From: an uncultured Nitrososphaerota archaeon
GTDB taxonomy: Archaea > Thermoproteota > Nitrososphaeria > Nitrososphaerales > Gagatemarchaeaceae
Reading direction: 5' to 3'
Assembly: GCA_963703285.1 (NCBI GenBank)
Contig: OY969807.1
Span: forward strand, 1,216,001-1,280,000
Length of the DNA stretch: 64,000 nt
Shown: positions 1 through 9,367 of the stretch, in pieces
How the letters are laid out: every line of letters starts with the position of its first letter
Position numbering within the stretch: position 1 is the stretch's first letter
Notes under the pieces: model-generated
What the model saw: the letters and a program-made list of their open reading frames with translations, nothing else
Databases searched by the model: none
Told to the model about the DNA's origin: nothing
Translations under genes and position numbers: made by a program

Positions 1-4
1 GACG

Positions 5-427
5 ATGCTCGTCGACGTACTGCGTGAGGACCTCAACCTCGTCTCGACGAAGAAGCCCTGCAACAGGATGACGTGCGGTGGGTGCACCGTTCTGATTGAT
101 GGGCAGGCCCGTGAGTCCTGTAGTGTCCTGGCGCTTCGGGCCGTCGGCCACATCATACTCACAGGCGAGATAGCCACCGGAGACCCCGTCGTGAACGCCC
201 TTCAGCAGGCCTGGGTCACCGCTGATGGGGGTCAGTGCACTTACTGCGGACCTGGTCTGGTCATGGCCGCTGCGGCTCTGCTCAAGGTGAACACCAGCCC
301 GACGGTCCCGCAGATCAAAGATGCGCTGAGCGGGAACCTGTGTCGCTGCGGTAACTACACCCACATAATCAACGCAGTGCAGCTAGCTGCGACTAACCTG
401 GCGGCACCGAGCTCAGGAGGTGCCTAG
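5..427 (+). CDS. Xanthine/CO dehydrogenase-family 2x[2Fe-2S] small subunit (5' end probably outside window)
   Basis: CxxxxCGGCTV and QCTYCGPG...GNLCRC motifs; first gene of an S-L-M operon. Confidence 0.92.
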   Translation: MLVDVLREDLNLVSTKKPCNRMTCGGCTVLIDGQARESCSVLALRAVGHIILTGEIATGDPVVNALQQAWVTADGGQCTYCGPGLVMAAAALLKVNTSPTVPQIKDALSGNLCRCGNYTHIINAVQLAATNLAAPSSGGA

Positions 428-429
428 AG

Positions 430-3042
430 ATGAGCGCATCGAATTCCTACGGGCAGCCCGGTTCATCGTTCTCCATCGTCGGAAACCCCACCCTCGGCAG
501 GCGTGACACCTACAACAAGCTTATCGGGAAGAAGCGTTTCGCCTCAGACATCCAGCCCTCCGACATCGGCATAGCTTCGACCACGGGCTTCCTGTACATG
601 GGGTACGTCACATCCCCGCACGCGAGCGCCCTGATCAAGAGCATAGACGTCAGTGCGGCCGAGGCTGCGGGAGCGATCACTCTCACAGGCTTCGACTACG
701 AATGGCTCCCCGCGACTGACTTCTACTCGACCTCCGGCCTGAGAGTCTACACGCCTCTGCCGACCACGCAGGTGAGGTACTGCGGGGAGGCCGTCGTCGC
801 CGTCGGAGCGAGCAACCCCGACCTGGTCAACGACGCCATCCAGCTAGTCAAGGTGGAGTACGAACCTACGCCCGCCGTCTTCGACCCCGAGGAGGCGATC
901 AAGTCGGGAGCCCCGCAGCTCTGGCCCAACGGGAACATGCCAGCAGGCACAATAGTGACGGGCATCCTCACCCAGCCCTCTCTGCTCTCCTCTGCTCAGG
1001 ACGCGTACGGCGACGTCAACGCCGCGATAGACGAGGCAGACCAGGTCGTCACGTTACCAGTACTTGATACCGCTGCCTACCCGCACCAGATGCTCGACAC
1101 GCGCACACAGATCATCCAGTACACTTCACAAACGAACGCGGTCGACATGTCTCAAGCAGCAACGACCGGGGTCGGCATCACCTCTACCGGGCCCTCGTTC
1201 ACCTCTTACACCGGCAGCGAGTACGCCGTCACCGTCCAGAACGACCTCGCGAGCTGGTTCCAGCTGCCGGCGGCCAACGTGAGAGCATGCACTGGGCTTG
1301 GAGGCGCAGAGGCCGGGTCCCAGGGTGGGTCGATGGGATCGACGATCCCTCCATGGGAGGGCCTCATGATATCCGCTGCGATGGCGAAGAAATCGGGACA
1401 GGTCGTGAAGAACACGTACACCAGGGACGAGGGCGTCAAGTTCACGCAACACCGCTATTCCATGCGCGGTTACCTGACGATAGCCGCGAAAGGCGGGTAC
1501 ATCACTGCGCTGAAGGCGGAGGTGTACACGAACGTGGGCGCCATGGCCGGCTCCGCCTCGGAGCTCTCGGAGCTCTACGCCATGTACAACATCCCCAACG
1601 TCAACCTCGTGAGCTACACGGCGAACACCAACCTGTTCTGCACTCAATCCGCAATGCGCGACGTGGGCGAGAGCCAGGCCGGCTTCATGATAGAGACGGC
1701 GGTCGACATGCTCGCCGAGAAGTACGGCATGGACCCCGTCCAGTTCAGGCTGCAGAACATGAAGACGGCGTACTATGTCGACAACACGACCACACCGCCG
1801 ACGGTCTACAACGACACGGCGTTCGACCCGACCACGGGATACCCCTTCAGCAGCTTCGGACAGCCAGAGCACCTTCTCCTGGCCGCGAATTCCGGCAACT
1901 TCAACTGGAAAGCCAGGTGGAAGGGCTGGGGCGTTCCGAGCGCGGTAGTGACCAACTCCGGCGAGACTGTCGGCACAGGGCTGAAGCTGAGAGGAATCGG
2001 CGTCGCCCTGACATCGGGGAACAAGGGGTCCCTGCGTGCCCCAGACACCGGCCAGATCCAGGTCCTGCCATCCGGAGCGGTGAACATCTACAGCGGCATC
2101 ATGGACCACGGCGGGGGCGGCCCCACTGCCATACCCATGATCGGCGCGGAGGCGATAGGGCTAACCTTGAAGCAGTACGGGAACAGCGTCTCCACCCCCG
2201 GGAACGGCGTGACGGCCTACATGTCAGACACCAGTCTCACGACCGACTCGGGCATAACCGCTGGCAGCGCCGGGACGCGCAACATGGGCCTAGGAATGAC
2301 AGCGGCAGCGGCGAACCTGGGAAGCCAGTGGTTCCCGCTCATCGCGGCCAAGCTCGCTCCAGGGACCAAAGCAACTAACCTCGCCTTCGGCGGAGGCACC
2401 TCCGGTCAGCCGTCAGGGATAATCTTCGACACGACCAACCCCTCCAACCAGATGACCTTCCAAGCCGCATGCGCCCTCCTGCCAACAGCTGGTCTCAAGG
2501 GATTGGGCAACTACACACCGCCAGCCCACACGGCCTACCGTGTCGGAGGCACGAGGTTCGTCGAGGTCGAGGTCGACACCGAGACGGCCGACGTCCGCGT
2601 CATCGACTTCGTGGGTGGGCTGGGGCTAGGCAGGGTCATATTCCCGCTGGGAGCCGAGGCCCAGGCTCAGGGCGGCTTTATTGTCGGTGCAAGTGCGGCG
2701 CTCTTCGACGAAGTCATACCCGACTCGTCGACCGGCCTCAAGTACTCCGGACTATACCTTAACCCCAACTATCTAGACCTGAAGGTGGCAAGCATATACC
2801 AGACGCCCAACCGCAACATGCCCATCTATGTGGAGCAGGTCGACCCCTACGCCCCCTTCGGAGCGGTGGGAATCGGCGAGAACTCCCAGATGAGCACAGA
2901 AGTAGTGGTCCTGAACGCCCTCTCCAACGCGCTCGGCGGCTACAGGTTCACCAAATATCCGGTCCGGAAGGAGGACATCGTCACGGCCCTGCAATGGGTG
3001 AAGGCGAACAAGCCCTCTTTGCTGGAGGCACCGTCATCCTAA
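430..3042 (+). CDS. Xanthine dehydrogenase-family molybdopterin-binding large subunit
   Basis: 870 aa; SPHASA..I.SID, VRYCGEAVVAV, DPVQFR..N, VEVEVDTET, PFGAVGIGE motifs. Confidence 0.92.
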   Translation: MSASNSYGQPGSSFSIVGNPTLGRRDTYNKLIGKKRFASDIQPSDIGIASTTGFLYMGYVTSPHASALIKSIDVSAAEAAGAITLTGFDYEWLPATDFYSTSGLRVYTPLPTTQVRYCGEAVVAVGASNPDLVNDAIQLVKVEYEPTPAVFDPEEAIKSGAPQLWPNGNMPAGTIVTGILTQPSLLSSAQDAYGDVNAAIDEADQVVTLPVLDTAAYPHQMLDTRTQIIQYTSQTNAVDMSQAATTGVGITSTGPSFTSYTGSEYAVTVQNDLASWFQLPAANVRACTGLGGAEAGSQGGSMGSTIPPWEGLMISAAMAKKSGQVVKNTYTRDEGVKFTQHRYSMRGYLTIAAKGGYITALKAEVYTNVGAMAGSASELSELYAMYNIPNVNLVSYTANTNLFCTQSAMRDVGESQAGFMIETAVDMLAEKYGMDPVQFRLQNMKTAYYVDNTTTPPTVYNDTAFDPTTGYPFSSFGQPEHLLLAANSGNFNWKARWKGWGVPSAVVTNSGETVGTGLKLRGIGVALTSGNKGSLRAPDTGQIQVLPSGAVNIYSGIMDHGGGGPTAIPMIGAEAIGLTLKQYGNSVSTPGNGVTAYMSDTSLTTDSGITAGSAGTRNMGLGMTAAAANLGSQWFPLIAAKLAPGTKATNLAFGGGTSGQPSGIIFDTTNPSNQMTFQAACALLPTAGLKGLGNYTPPAHTAYRVGGTRFVEVEVDTETADVRVIDFVGGLGLGRVIFPLGAEAQAQGGFIVGASAALFDEVIPDSSTGLKYSGLYLNPNYLDLKVASIYQTPNRNMPIYVEQVDPYAPFGAVGIGENSQMSTEVVVLNALSNALGGYRFTKYPVRKEDIVTALQWVKANKPSLLEAPSS

Positions 3043-3057
3043 GGGTGGTGAAAACAA

Positions 3058-4134
3058 ATGCAATATGAACTAAACCAATTCGGATACCTACAGCCAACAT
3101 CGGTCAGTGACGTGGTCTCGCTCCTGACCAAGTACGGCGGCCAGGCGAGGGTCATGGCCGGAGGAACGGACCTGCTCTATCTGATGAAGCAGCACGTGGA
3201 ACTCCTCACACCGCAGTACGTCATCGACCTCACCGGGCTCAACCTCGGCGGCATAAGCTACGGCTCTGGCGGCCTGACCATCGGCGCAACGACGCCTGTC
3301 TCCACGATCAAGACCGACCCAAACGTCAACCAGTACTACCCTGCGCTCGCCCAGGCGGCCACCGGGCATCCGGCGCAGATAGGCAACCAGGCGACCGCGG
3401 CTGGGGACATATCCCAGGAGGTCTGGTGCTGGTACCTCCGCAACAACGTCGACTGCTGGAGGAACGGCGGGAACGTCTGCTACGCCGTCGTGGGTGACAA
3501 CCGCTACTATCACAGCCTGTTCGGGGGCAACCTCTGCTACGCGGTGCACGCCGGCGACCTCTCCGCACCACTAATGGCGCTCGGCGCCACGCTCACGGTG
3601 CAGGGGCCCGGAGGCACAAGCACGAGGACGATGGAGCAGCACCTCCCAGGAGTCAGCATCGTCGACGGGCGAGTCAAGGAGAACAGCCTGCGCTACAACG
3701 AGATAATCACCTCGATCAACATACCGACACCTGCATCTAACACACAGCAGGCCTACTTCAGAATCACCGACAGGACGGCGATAGACTTCCCGCTCGCTAG
3801 CTGCGCGGCAGTCGTGTCATTCAGCGGGTCAACTGTCACTGGTTCGAAGATCGTGCTCGGTCACGTCGCGACCGTTCCCATCAGGGCGAGCGCGGCCGAG
3901 TCGTACATCAGCGGCAAGACGCTGACAGAGTCCGTCATCGCAACGGCCGCACAGAAGGCGTTCGCGTCAGCAGCTCCGCTGACCCACAAGAGCATAAACG
4001 CTGCTGCGGGTACTGGCCAGGGCAACGCGTTCCGGTCGTACATCGGTCAGGGGGCAGTCACAAACGCCCTCCGTAGCCTGTCCAGCGCCTCGCCGGGAGT
4101 AGCCACCTCTTCAAACGCGACAAACACAATCTAA
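3058..4134 (+). CDS. FAD-binding medium subunit (PaoB/YagS-like, with Cys-rich insert)
   Basis: AGGTDL, IGATT, QIGNQATAAG; insert CWYLR...C..NGGNVC...CYAVH. Confidence 0.9.
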   Translation: MQYELNQFGYLQPTSVSDVVSLLTKYGGQARVMAGGTDLLYLMKQHVELLTPQYVIDLTGLNLGGISYGSGGLTIGATTPVSTIKTDPNVNQYYPALAQAATGHPAQIGNQATAAGDISQEVWCWYLRNNVDCWRNGGNVCYAVVGDNRYYHSLFGGNLCYAVHAGDLSAPLMALGATLTVQGPGGTSTRTMEQHLPGVSIVDGRVKENSLRYNEIITSINIPTPASNTQQAYFRITDRTAIDFPLASCAAVVSFSGSTVTGSKIVLGHVATVPIRASAAESYISGKTLTESVIATAAQKAFASAAPLTHKSINAAAGTGQGNAFRSYIGQGAVTNALRSLSSASPGVATSSNATNTI

Positions 4135-4166
4135 GTAGAGACCGCATCTTGAAATAGGTCGAGCTC

Positions 4167-4442
4167 ATGGGGAAATTGGTCTCCATGAGTTCGACTGAGG
4201 GCCTCCAGTCAGCCGGAGGGGAAGGCGAGCCAAAAGAGCTTACTCTCCGCGAAATCCGGAAGCAATTCAAGGACAGATGGGTCGCCGTGGTTGTTACCAG
4301 AAGAGATAGGAACATGCAGCCTACGGGGGGGAAGGTCGTCGCTGAGGACATCGACAGGTATTTGCTCAGACAGAAGCTGGGTGCCTACAAGGACATCTGC
4401 ATCTTCTTCGCTGGTGATCCGATATATCTTCCAATCCTCTAA
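4167..4442 (+). CDS. Small DUF5678-like protein, copy 1
   Basis: KQFKDRWVAV...GKVVAED pattern; paralog of 6207..6464; family name is from motif recall. Confidence 0.65.
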   Translation: MGKLVSMSSTEGLQSAGGEGEPKELTLREIRKQFKDRWVAVVVTRRDRNMQPTGGKVVAEDIDRYLLRQKLGAYKDICIFFAGDPIYLPIL

Positions 4443-4459
4443 TCTCGACTGCTCTCGCA

Positions 4460-4804
4460 GTCACCGAACACTCCTTCGGGAGACACTGCGTGGTGTCGAA
4501 GGTCGATGCGCACATGCTGGGCCACTCGGAGACAGCCAACAACAACCTCATGGGCGAAGCAAAGAACACTCTTACGTTCACTAGCGACGGCGGTTACCGC
4601 AAGGCGCTGGCGGTCAGGATGGCACAGGTTGAGAATGGAGCCACGCCTTTCAGGAACGTCGATTTCCTGGCCGTCGACATTCCTCAGGTGACAGGATTCG
4701 ACGCGGTACTCGGACGGTGCCCCCTCCGGTTCACGAAGCTAGAAACAGGCCACCCGGCAACGCAACCAAGGAATGAGGAGAAAGAGCGGGGTCCGGAACC
4801 GTGA
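4460..4804 (+). pseudogene. Retropepsin-like protein A, copy 1, catalytic region deleted
   Basis: Aligns to 6479..6887 (SKVDA, RMAQV, FxNVDFLA.DIPQVTG.D.VLGR) but jumps from FGR to HC, losing ALIDPGA; divergent C-terminus. Confidence 0.7.
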
Positions 4805-5217
4805 GGTTCGCGCTAGGTAACCCCCTTCTAGTAAGCGCCCGCGTGGAGGGACAGTACGGCATCGTGAGGGAGGTGGCCTCCCTCATCGATTTCAACGCTC
4901 CGTACTGCATCATCCTCCGTCTTGATGCCATAGACCTAGGGTATCCCCATGCAGCCAACAAGCATGTGGATGAGGAGAGGATTCGTCCGGACAGGGTGCC
5001 CACGCTGACTAGCTGGCAGGGAATACAGAGGGGCATCGTCGTGAGGCTGAACAAGGTCTCTGTCGGCTCAGTCGTCGCGAAGGATGTCGACGCTGTGGTT
5101 CTCGAACTCCAGCACCCTCGATTCCACACGTTCGACTTCGTGCTTGGGCGTACCTTCTTGGCGAACTGCAAGCTCACCGTCGATGTAAAGAAAGGCTACA
5201 TCTCGTTGCGGTCATGA
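4801..5217 (+). CDS. Retropepsin-like (clan AA fold) protein B, intact, atypical DFN motif
   Basis: ASLIDFNAPYCII and FDFVLGRTFL...LTVD, resembling retropepsin D(T/S)G and hhLGR motifs. Confidence 0.75.
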   Translation: MRFALGNPLLVSARVEGQYGIVREVASLIDFNAPYCIILRLDAIDLGYPHAANKHVDEERIRPDRVPTLTSWQGIQRGIVVRLNKVSVGSVVAKDVDAVVLELQHPRFHTFDFVLGRTFLANCKLTVDVKKGYISLRS

Positions 5218-5236
5218 CGTCTCGAAGCCTGACCTG

Positions 5237-5431
5237 TCAGAGCTGCCGCGTCTGCGGACGGGTCGGGTATTCCAAGCCTGGTTCGACTCGTGCCATCTCC
5301 CTGACGTTTATCTCGTAGGACGGGCGTCTAGGGGACGCTACCGGTGTTGAGTACGAGAAAGCACCGCCTGGTCCGATTTCCACGGTCATCGTGATCACCG
5401 GCATTGGCTGCTGGTTGGATAGTATCAGCAC
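5237..5431 (-). pseudogene. Fragment of a third Ig-like membrane protein paralog
   Basis: TVEIGPGGAFSYSTPV resembles TVAVQSAGTFSYSTSV (7264..7752) and TVPVGANGTFRYSTLV (5481..5981). Confidence 0.5.
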
Positions 5432-5480
5432 CGAAATCGGTTCAGTGGCGTTGTCGTGCCCCCGATTTTGATTCGAGGAT

Positions 5481-5981
5481 TCAGCACGACGGCAGTGTGA
5501 CCATGAACGTATCGGTCCCCGTCGCGCCGTTGGAGTCGGTCGCCGTGATTACGTACGTCGTGAGAAGAGCCTCAATGCCCGCCCACGTGGAGCCTACCAA
5601 CGTCGAGTACCGGAAGGTACCGTTGGCTCCGACGGGCACAGTCACAGCAACAAGGGAGACCAACGAGCCCTGCGGCGCCACTTGGATGAAGACGCTGTCT
5701 GAAGGCGTCGGCGCTGGGCTGATGCTTCCCGAGATTGTCAGGTTCTGGTCCGCGTACAGCGCATAACCCGGGTCCGGGCTTGAGAATGCTATCGAGCCTA
5801 CGGAGGTTATCATCGTGGTGCTGGTCGTGGCGGAGAGTGACTCGGTCATCGTTGCGCTGCTGGTCACGGCGAACGAGGGCGAAGTCGTCGTGGTCCCTAA
5901 AGAGTAGATCACCAGGCTCACGCCAACCAGCAACACGACTACAGCAACGACCACGAGCCTTCGCGCGATCGATTGTTCCAT
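5481..5981 (-). CDS. Membrane-anchored Ser/Thr-rich protein with Ig-like domain, copy 1
   Basis: N-terminal TM helix, S/T linker, YVITATDSNGATGT; paralog of 7264..7752. Confidence 0.75.
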   Translation of the reverse strand: MEQSIARRLVVVAVVVLLVGVSLVIYSLGTTTTSPSFAVTSSATMTESLSATTSTTMITSVGSIAFSSPDPGYALYADQNLTISGSISPAPTPSDSVFIQVAPQGSLVSLVAVTVPVGANGTFRYSTLVGSTWAGIEALLTTYVITATDSNGATGTDTFMVTLPSC

Positions 5982-6206
5982 ATCAATCGCTGGTGGTCTA
6001 AAAACCCAACCAGTATTTACGATTTCCCCAGACAAAAACTACATATGTTATGTGTTTCTTGATAGAGCGTAGGCCAAAACTACATTCTCATCCCCCCTGT
6101 CTATCTCACACCCGCGCCGCAACGATGTATGCTTGCGAGCGGAAGACGCCCGGTCACAAGCACAAAAAATTAATACATCGACCATCTGAACAGCCAGACG
6201 TTTCCC

Positions 6207-6464
6207 ATGAGCTCGGCTGGGAGCGTCCCGTCAACAGGGGAGCAGGGCGAACCGGAGGACCTTGCTCTCCCAGAGATCCGGAAGCTGCACAAGGACAGAT
6301 GGGTTGCTGTCGTAGTGACCGCAAGGGACACCAACCTCTTTCCGTCGAGAGGCAGGGTCGTCGCCGAGGACACCGACAGGTACATGCTCAGACAGAAGCT
6401 GGGGAAATACCCTGATATCTGCATCTTCTTCGCTGGTGATCCGCCATATCCTCTGCTCCTCTAG
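6207..6464 (+). CDS. Small DUF5678-like protein, copy 2
   Basis: Highly similar to 4167..4442 (DRWVAVVVT, VVAED.DRY.LRQKLG.Y.DICIFFAGDP). Confidence 0.7.
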   Translation: MSSAGSVPSTGEQGEPEDLALPEIRKLHKDRWVAVVVTARDTNLFPSRGRVVAEDTDRYMLRQKLGKYPDICIFFAGDPPYPLLL

Positions 6465-6478
6465 CCAAGTCTGACACC

Positions 6479-6887
6479 GTGAGCGAAACCGACTTCGGGA
6501 AATTCCCCACGGTGTTCGTCCGCCTCAAGGGCCGCGCCGCGGGCGTGAGGGAACTCGAGCGCGCTGATAGACCCGGGTGCGGAGTACTGCGTCATATCGA
6601 AGGTCGATGCCTACCTCCTAGGTTATTCACAGGTCGTGAACGACGACCCGGTATCTCAGGCCAGCAACTGGGTCACCTTTGCGAGCTACTCTGGGTACGG
6701 CAAGGCGCCGCTAATTCGGATGGCACAGGTCGATCTTGGTGCCATGTCTTTCAAAAACGTCGATTTCCTGGCGCTCGACATACCCCAGGTGACAGGATAC
6801 GATGTCGTTCTCGGGCGCAGCCTCCTGCAGTTCCTGAAGTTCGAGTTCGACTATCCTGCATCCAAGCTGAAGATAGAGGGGAAGTAA
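6479..6887 (+). CDS. Retropepsin-like protein A, copy 2 (DPG motif), one frameshift near 6558
   Basis: Removing one base near GAACTCGAGC gives ...VREL-SALIDPGAEYCVISKVDA...GYDVVLGRSLLQF; frameshift may be real or a sequencing error. Confidence 0.7.
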
Positions 6888-6902
6888 GGGAGTCTGGAAG
6901 GG

Positions 6903-7234
6903 TTGAGGCTCCAACTAGCGAACCCTACCCTGGTAGGCGCAGGGTGGAAATGCCCCTTGGCATCGCGAGGGAGGTCAAGTCGGTCCTCGATTTCAACGCT
7001 CCGCACTGCACCATCCTCCGTCGGGACGCGATAGACCAAGGGATACAGAGGGGCATCATAGTGAAGCTACACAAGGTTTCTGTCGGCACCATCGTCGCGA
7101 GCGACGTGGACGCGACGGTTCTAGAACTCCGGCACCCGCGATTTCTCACGTACGATTTCGTGCTGGGCCGCACCTTCCTGAAGAGCTGCAAGCTCACCGT
7201 CGACGTGAACAAGGGCTACCTCTCGCTGCGGTAG
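6903..7234 (+). pseudogene. Retropepsin-like protein B, copy 2, frameshifted and internally deleted
   Basis: Versus 4801..5217: 1-nt loss near 6940 and loss of ~27 codons between DAID and QGIQRG. Confidence 0.75.
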
Positions 7235-7263
7235 CAGGCCCCCTGCGCCTCGCGGGGCTCGGG

Positions 7264-7752
7264 TCAACAACACCAGATGTCGCCATAGGTGACGATGAAC
7301 ATCTCGGTCCCCGTCGCGCCACTCGAGTCTGTGGCGGTTATGACGTAAGTGCCTGAGGGCCATGTGGGGCCCACAGACGTGGAGTACGAGAAGGTCCCGG
7401 CCGATTGAACGGCCACGGTCCCCTCGTGGAGGACGGTGAGCGAACCCTGTTGGGTCACCTCGATCAGGATGCTGTCCGGGGTCGTCGGCTCGGGTGAGAC
7501 GGCTCCCGAAATGGTGAGGTTCTGATTCGGCGCCAGCGTCTCGTACGCCTCCGGGTTTGAGAAGGCTATCGCGCCCGCTGGCTCGGTCGACGTTGTAGAC
7601 ATGGTCGTGGAGGTCGGCGGCTCGGTCATTGTGCTGGACGTGGTGAACCGCGGAACTGTCGTGTTGCCCATCCCAAGGGCCAAAAGGCTCGCGCACAGCA
7701 GCAGCACGACTAAGAGCAGGACTACCCTAGGTGCGATCGATACCTTCATCAA
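7264..7752 (-). CDS. Membrane-anchored Ser/Thr-rich Ig-like protein, copy 2
   Basis: Paralog of 5481..5981; upstream ATCAATCGC...CCAGTA also conserved. Confidence 0.75.
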   Translation of the reverse strand: MMKVSIAPRVVLLLVVLLLCASLLALGMGNTTVPRFTTSSTMTEPPTSTTMSTTSTEPAGAIAFSNPEAYETLAPNQNLTISGAVSPEPTTPDSILIEVTQQGSLTVLHEGTVAVQSAGTFSYSTSVGPTWPSGTYVITATDSSGATGTEMFIVTYGDIWCC

Positions 7753-7849
7753 ATCAATCGCCGGTTGTCCGGCTGCCCACCCAGTAGTTAACAGTCTAGG
7801 TCAGCTAGCTCGGCGCACCGTCGGTCTCGTTCGCACAGGTTGGCGCCGA

Positions 7850-8155
7850 TTAGGAGTCGACCCCTATCATCCGCAGCACCTCAGGCTCGATAATGTGAAA
7901 CTTCCTGCCCTCCTTCGCGAACCTGACCGCCACGTCGCTCTGGGACGTGAAGTAGCATTCGTCAAGGCCGTAGTATGCCAGCACTCCGTGCTCCTTGTTC
8001 AAGCAGACGTGGATCTGGAAGTCCTCCGCGAAGTACATCTTCTTTCCGCAGAGGATGCAAGCCTTCTCCGCTTGGTCCGCCGAGCTCACCTTGCGGGCCG
8101 AGCCAGGGGGCGTACAGCCGTCTGCAGCTTCGTCCTTTGTCAGCATCCCGACCAC
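7850..8155 (-). CDS. Small putative Zn-binding hypothetical protein
   Basis: CILC...CLNKEH; start uncertain. Confidence 0.55.
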   Translation of the reverse strand: MVGMLTKDEAADGCTPPGSARKVSSADQAEKACILCGKKMYFAEDFQIHVCLNKEHGVLAYYGLDECYFTSQSDVAVRFAKEGRKFHIIEPEVLRMIGVDS

Positions 8156-8301
8156 CAGCCCCGTGCTCAGGCCTCCAGATGTAGCTTGCGGAGGTCCGTC
8201 TTGCGGCGAGCACGTCGGGATTTCCGAAGCGGCTGGGAGAACTCAATGGCAATGTTAATACGCACTGAATCGGGGTTCGACCCGAAGGACGTAGCCAGTC
8301 T

Positions 8302-9348
8302 TTGCCGCAATGCCCGACGTGCCACAGCGAGGTTGGTGCCGAGTATCTCTTCTGCCCGAACTGCGGAGCGAGCATCGCCCCATCGGCCCCGAGCGGCGTC
8401 CTACCGTCAGAGGGCGGAACCCCTCCGCCGCAGGGTGAGCAGAGAGTCTCCCGGGGAAGGACGGCGGCCGTCGTGACAATCATAGCGCTGCTGGTTTTCG
8501 TCTCCGTCTTCTACGTGCTCCCGTCGACGTCGCCCGTCAGTCATGGCGGGTCGCCTGTGAACTGCGCGTCGGCCTCTGCCTCATCGACCTTCGTGGCGGC
8601 GCCGGCCCCGAACTATGACGTCCAGCAGGTCATGGCGTTCTACCCCACCTACACCCAGCTGGAGTTCAACGTTACCGCCATAGCCCAGTGCGACGCCAAC
8701 GGGTACGGGCCTTCCTACCTCCTCAACGGCCTGACGAACACGGGCTACTGGTACCAGGTCGGGATAAACTGGGACTGGCCGCTCCAGGCAGGGGGCTACG
8801 ACTCTGGTTTCGGTTTCGTCACCGAGGCGTGGGCGCCGGGCGGACTCACCCGCTCACCGCCCTCCGTGGCTTTCTCAGGCGTCGTCAACTCGGGCGACAC
8901 CATCGAGCTGGGCCTCTCCTTCAGCGGCGGACAGGTGGTGGCATCCGCGCGAGATCTGGTCACGGGGGCGAGCGGCTCGATGAGCTACCCCGCAAGGAGC
9001 GCGACCGAGTTCATCGGGTCGCAGGAGCAGCAGTCACAGGCACGGTTCTCCTTCGACACGGAGGGTTACTTCACCGGCCTGATGACGGAGTGGTACCACG
9101 TGAGCTCGAACTACGACGGGCCGGAGCAGAGCGTCTCCTACTCGGAAAACGATTCGGCGATAGCGTCGGCTACCCTTGGGGTCGGCGAGTGGAACTTCAC
9201 TGGCATCTCGCCCAGCTCCGTCTTCTCCCGCGTGGCGAACAACGGGAACCCGATAGACCTCGGCGCTCAGCCCACCCAGCTGCAGCAGTTCACGCTCGAC
9301 GGGTTCACGCTCTCGGCTGACTCCTACGAGTTCGTCACCGGGTCCTAG
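8302..9348 (+). CDS. Zinc-ribbon, single-TM, extracellular-domain protein
   Basis: CPTC...FCPNCG N-terminus, hydrophobic helix, beta-rich S/T/G-rich ectodomain. Confidence 0.8.
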   Translation: MPQCPTCHSEVGAEYLFCPNCGASIAPSAPSGVLPSEGGTPPPQGEQRVSRGRTAAVVTIIALLVFVSVFYVLPSTSPVSHGGSPVNCASASASSTFVAAPAPNYDVQQVMAFYPTYTQLEFNVTAIAQCDANGYGPSYLLNGLTNTGYWYQVGINWDWPLQAGGYDSGFGFVTEAWAPGGLTRSPPSVAFSGVVNSGDTIELGLSFSGGQVVASARDLVTGASGSMSYPARSATEFIGSQEQQSQARFSFDTEGYFTGLMTEWYHVSSNYDGPEQSVSYSENDSAIASATLGVGEWNFTGISPSSVFSRVANNGNPIDLGAQPTQLQQFTLDGFTLSADSYEFVTGS

Positions 9349-9367
9349 AATCGCCGATTGAGAATCA

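Noticed and set aside
430-3042. Aerobic CO dehydrogenase CoxL
   Set aside because: Lacks the AYxCSFR (form I) and AYxGAGR (form II) motifs.
5261-5300. tRNA-like fragment GGGTATTCCAAGCCTGGTTCGACTC
   Set aside because: No stems or cloverleaf can be built; likely chance.
6479-7234. 251-aa ORF as a genuine fused two-domain pepsin-like protease
   Set aside because: It arises from two compensating frameshifts; the middle is out of frame with the retropepsin A homology.
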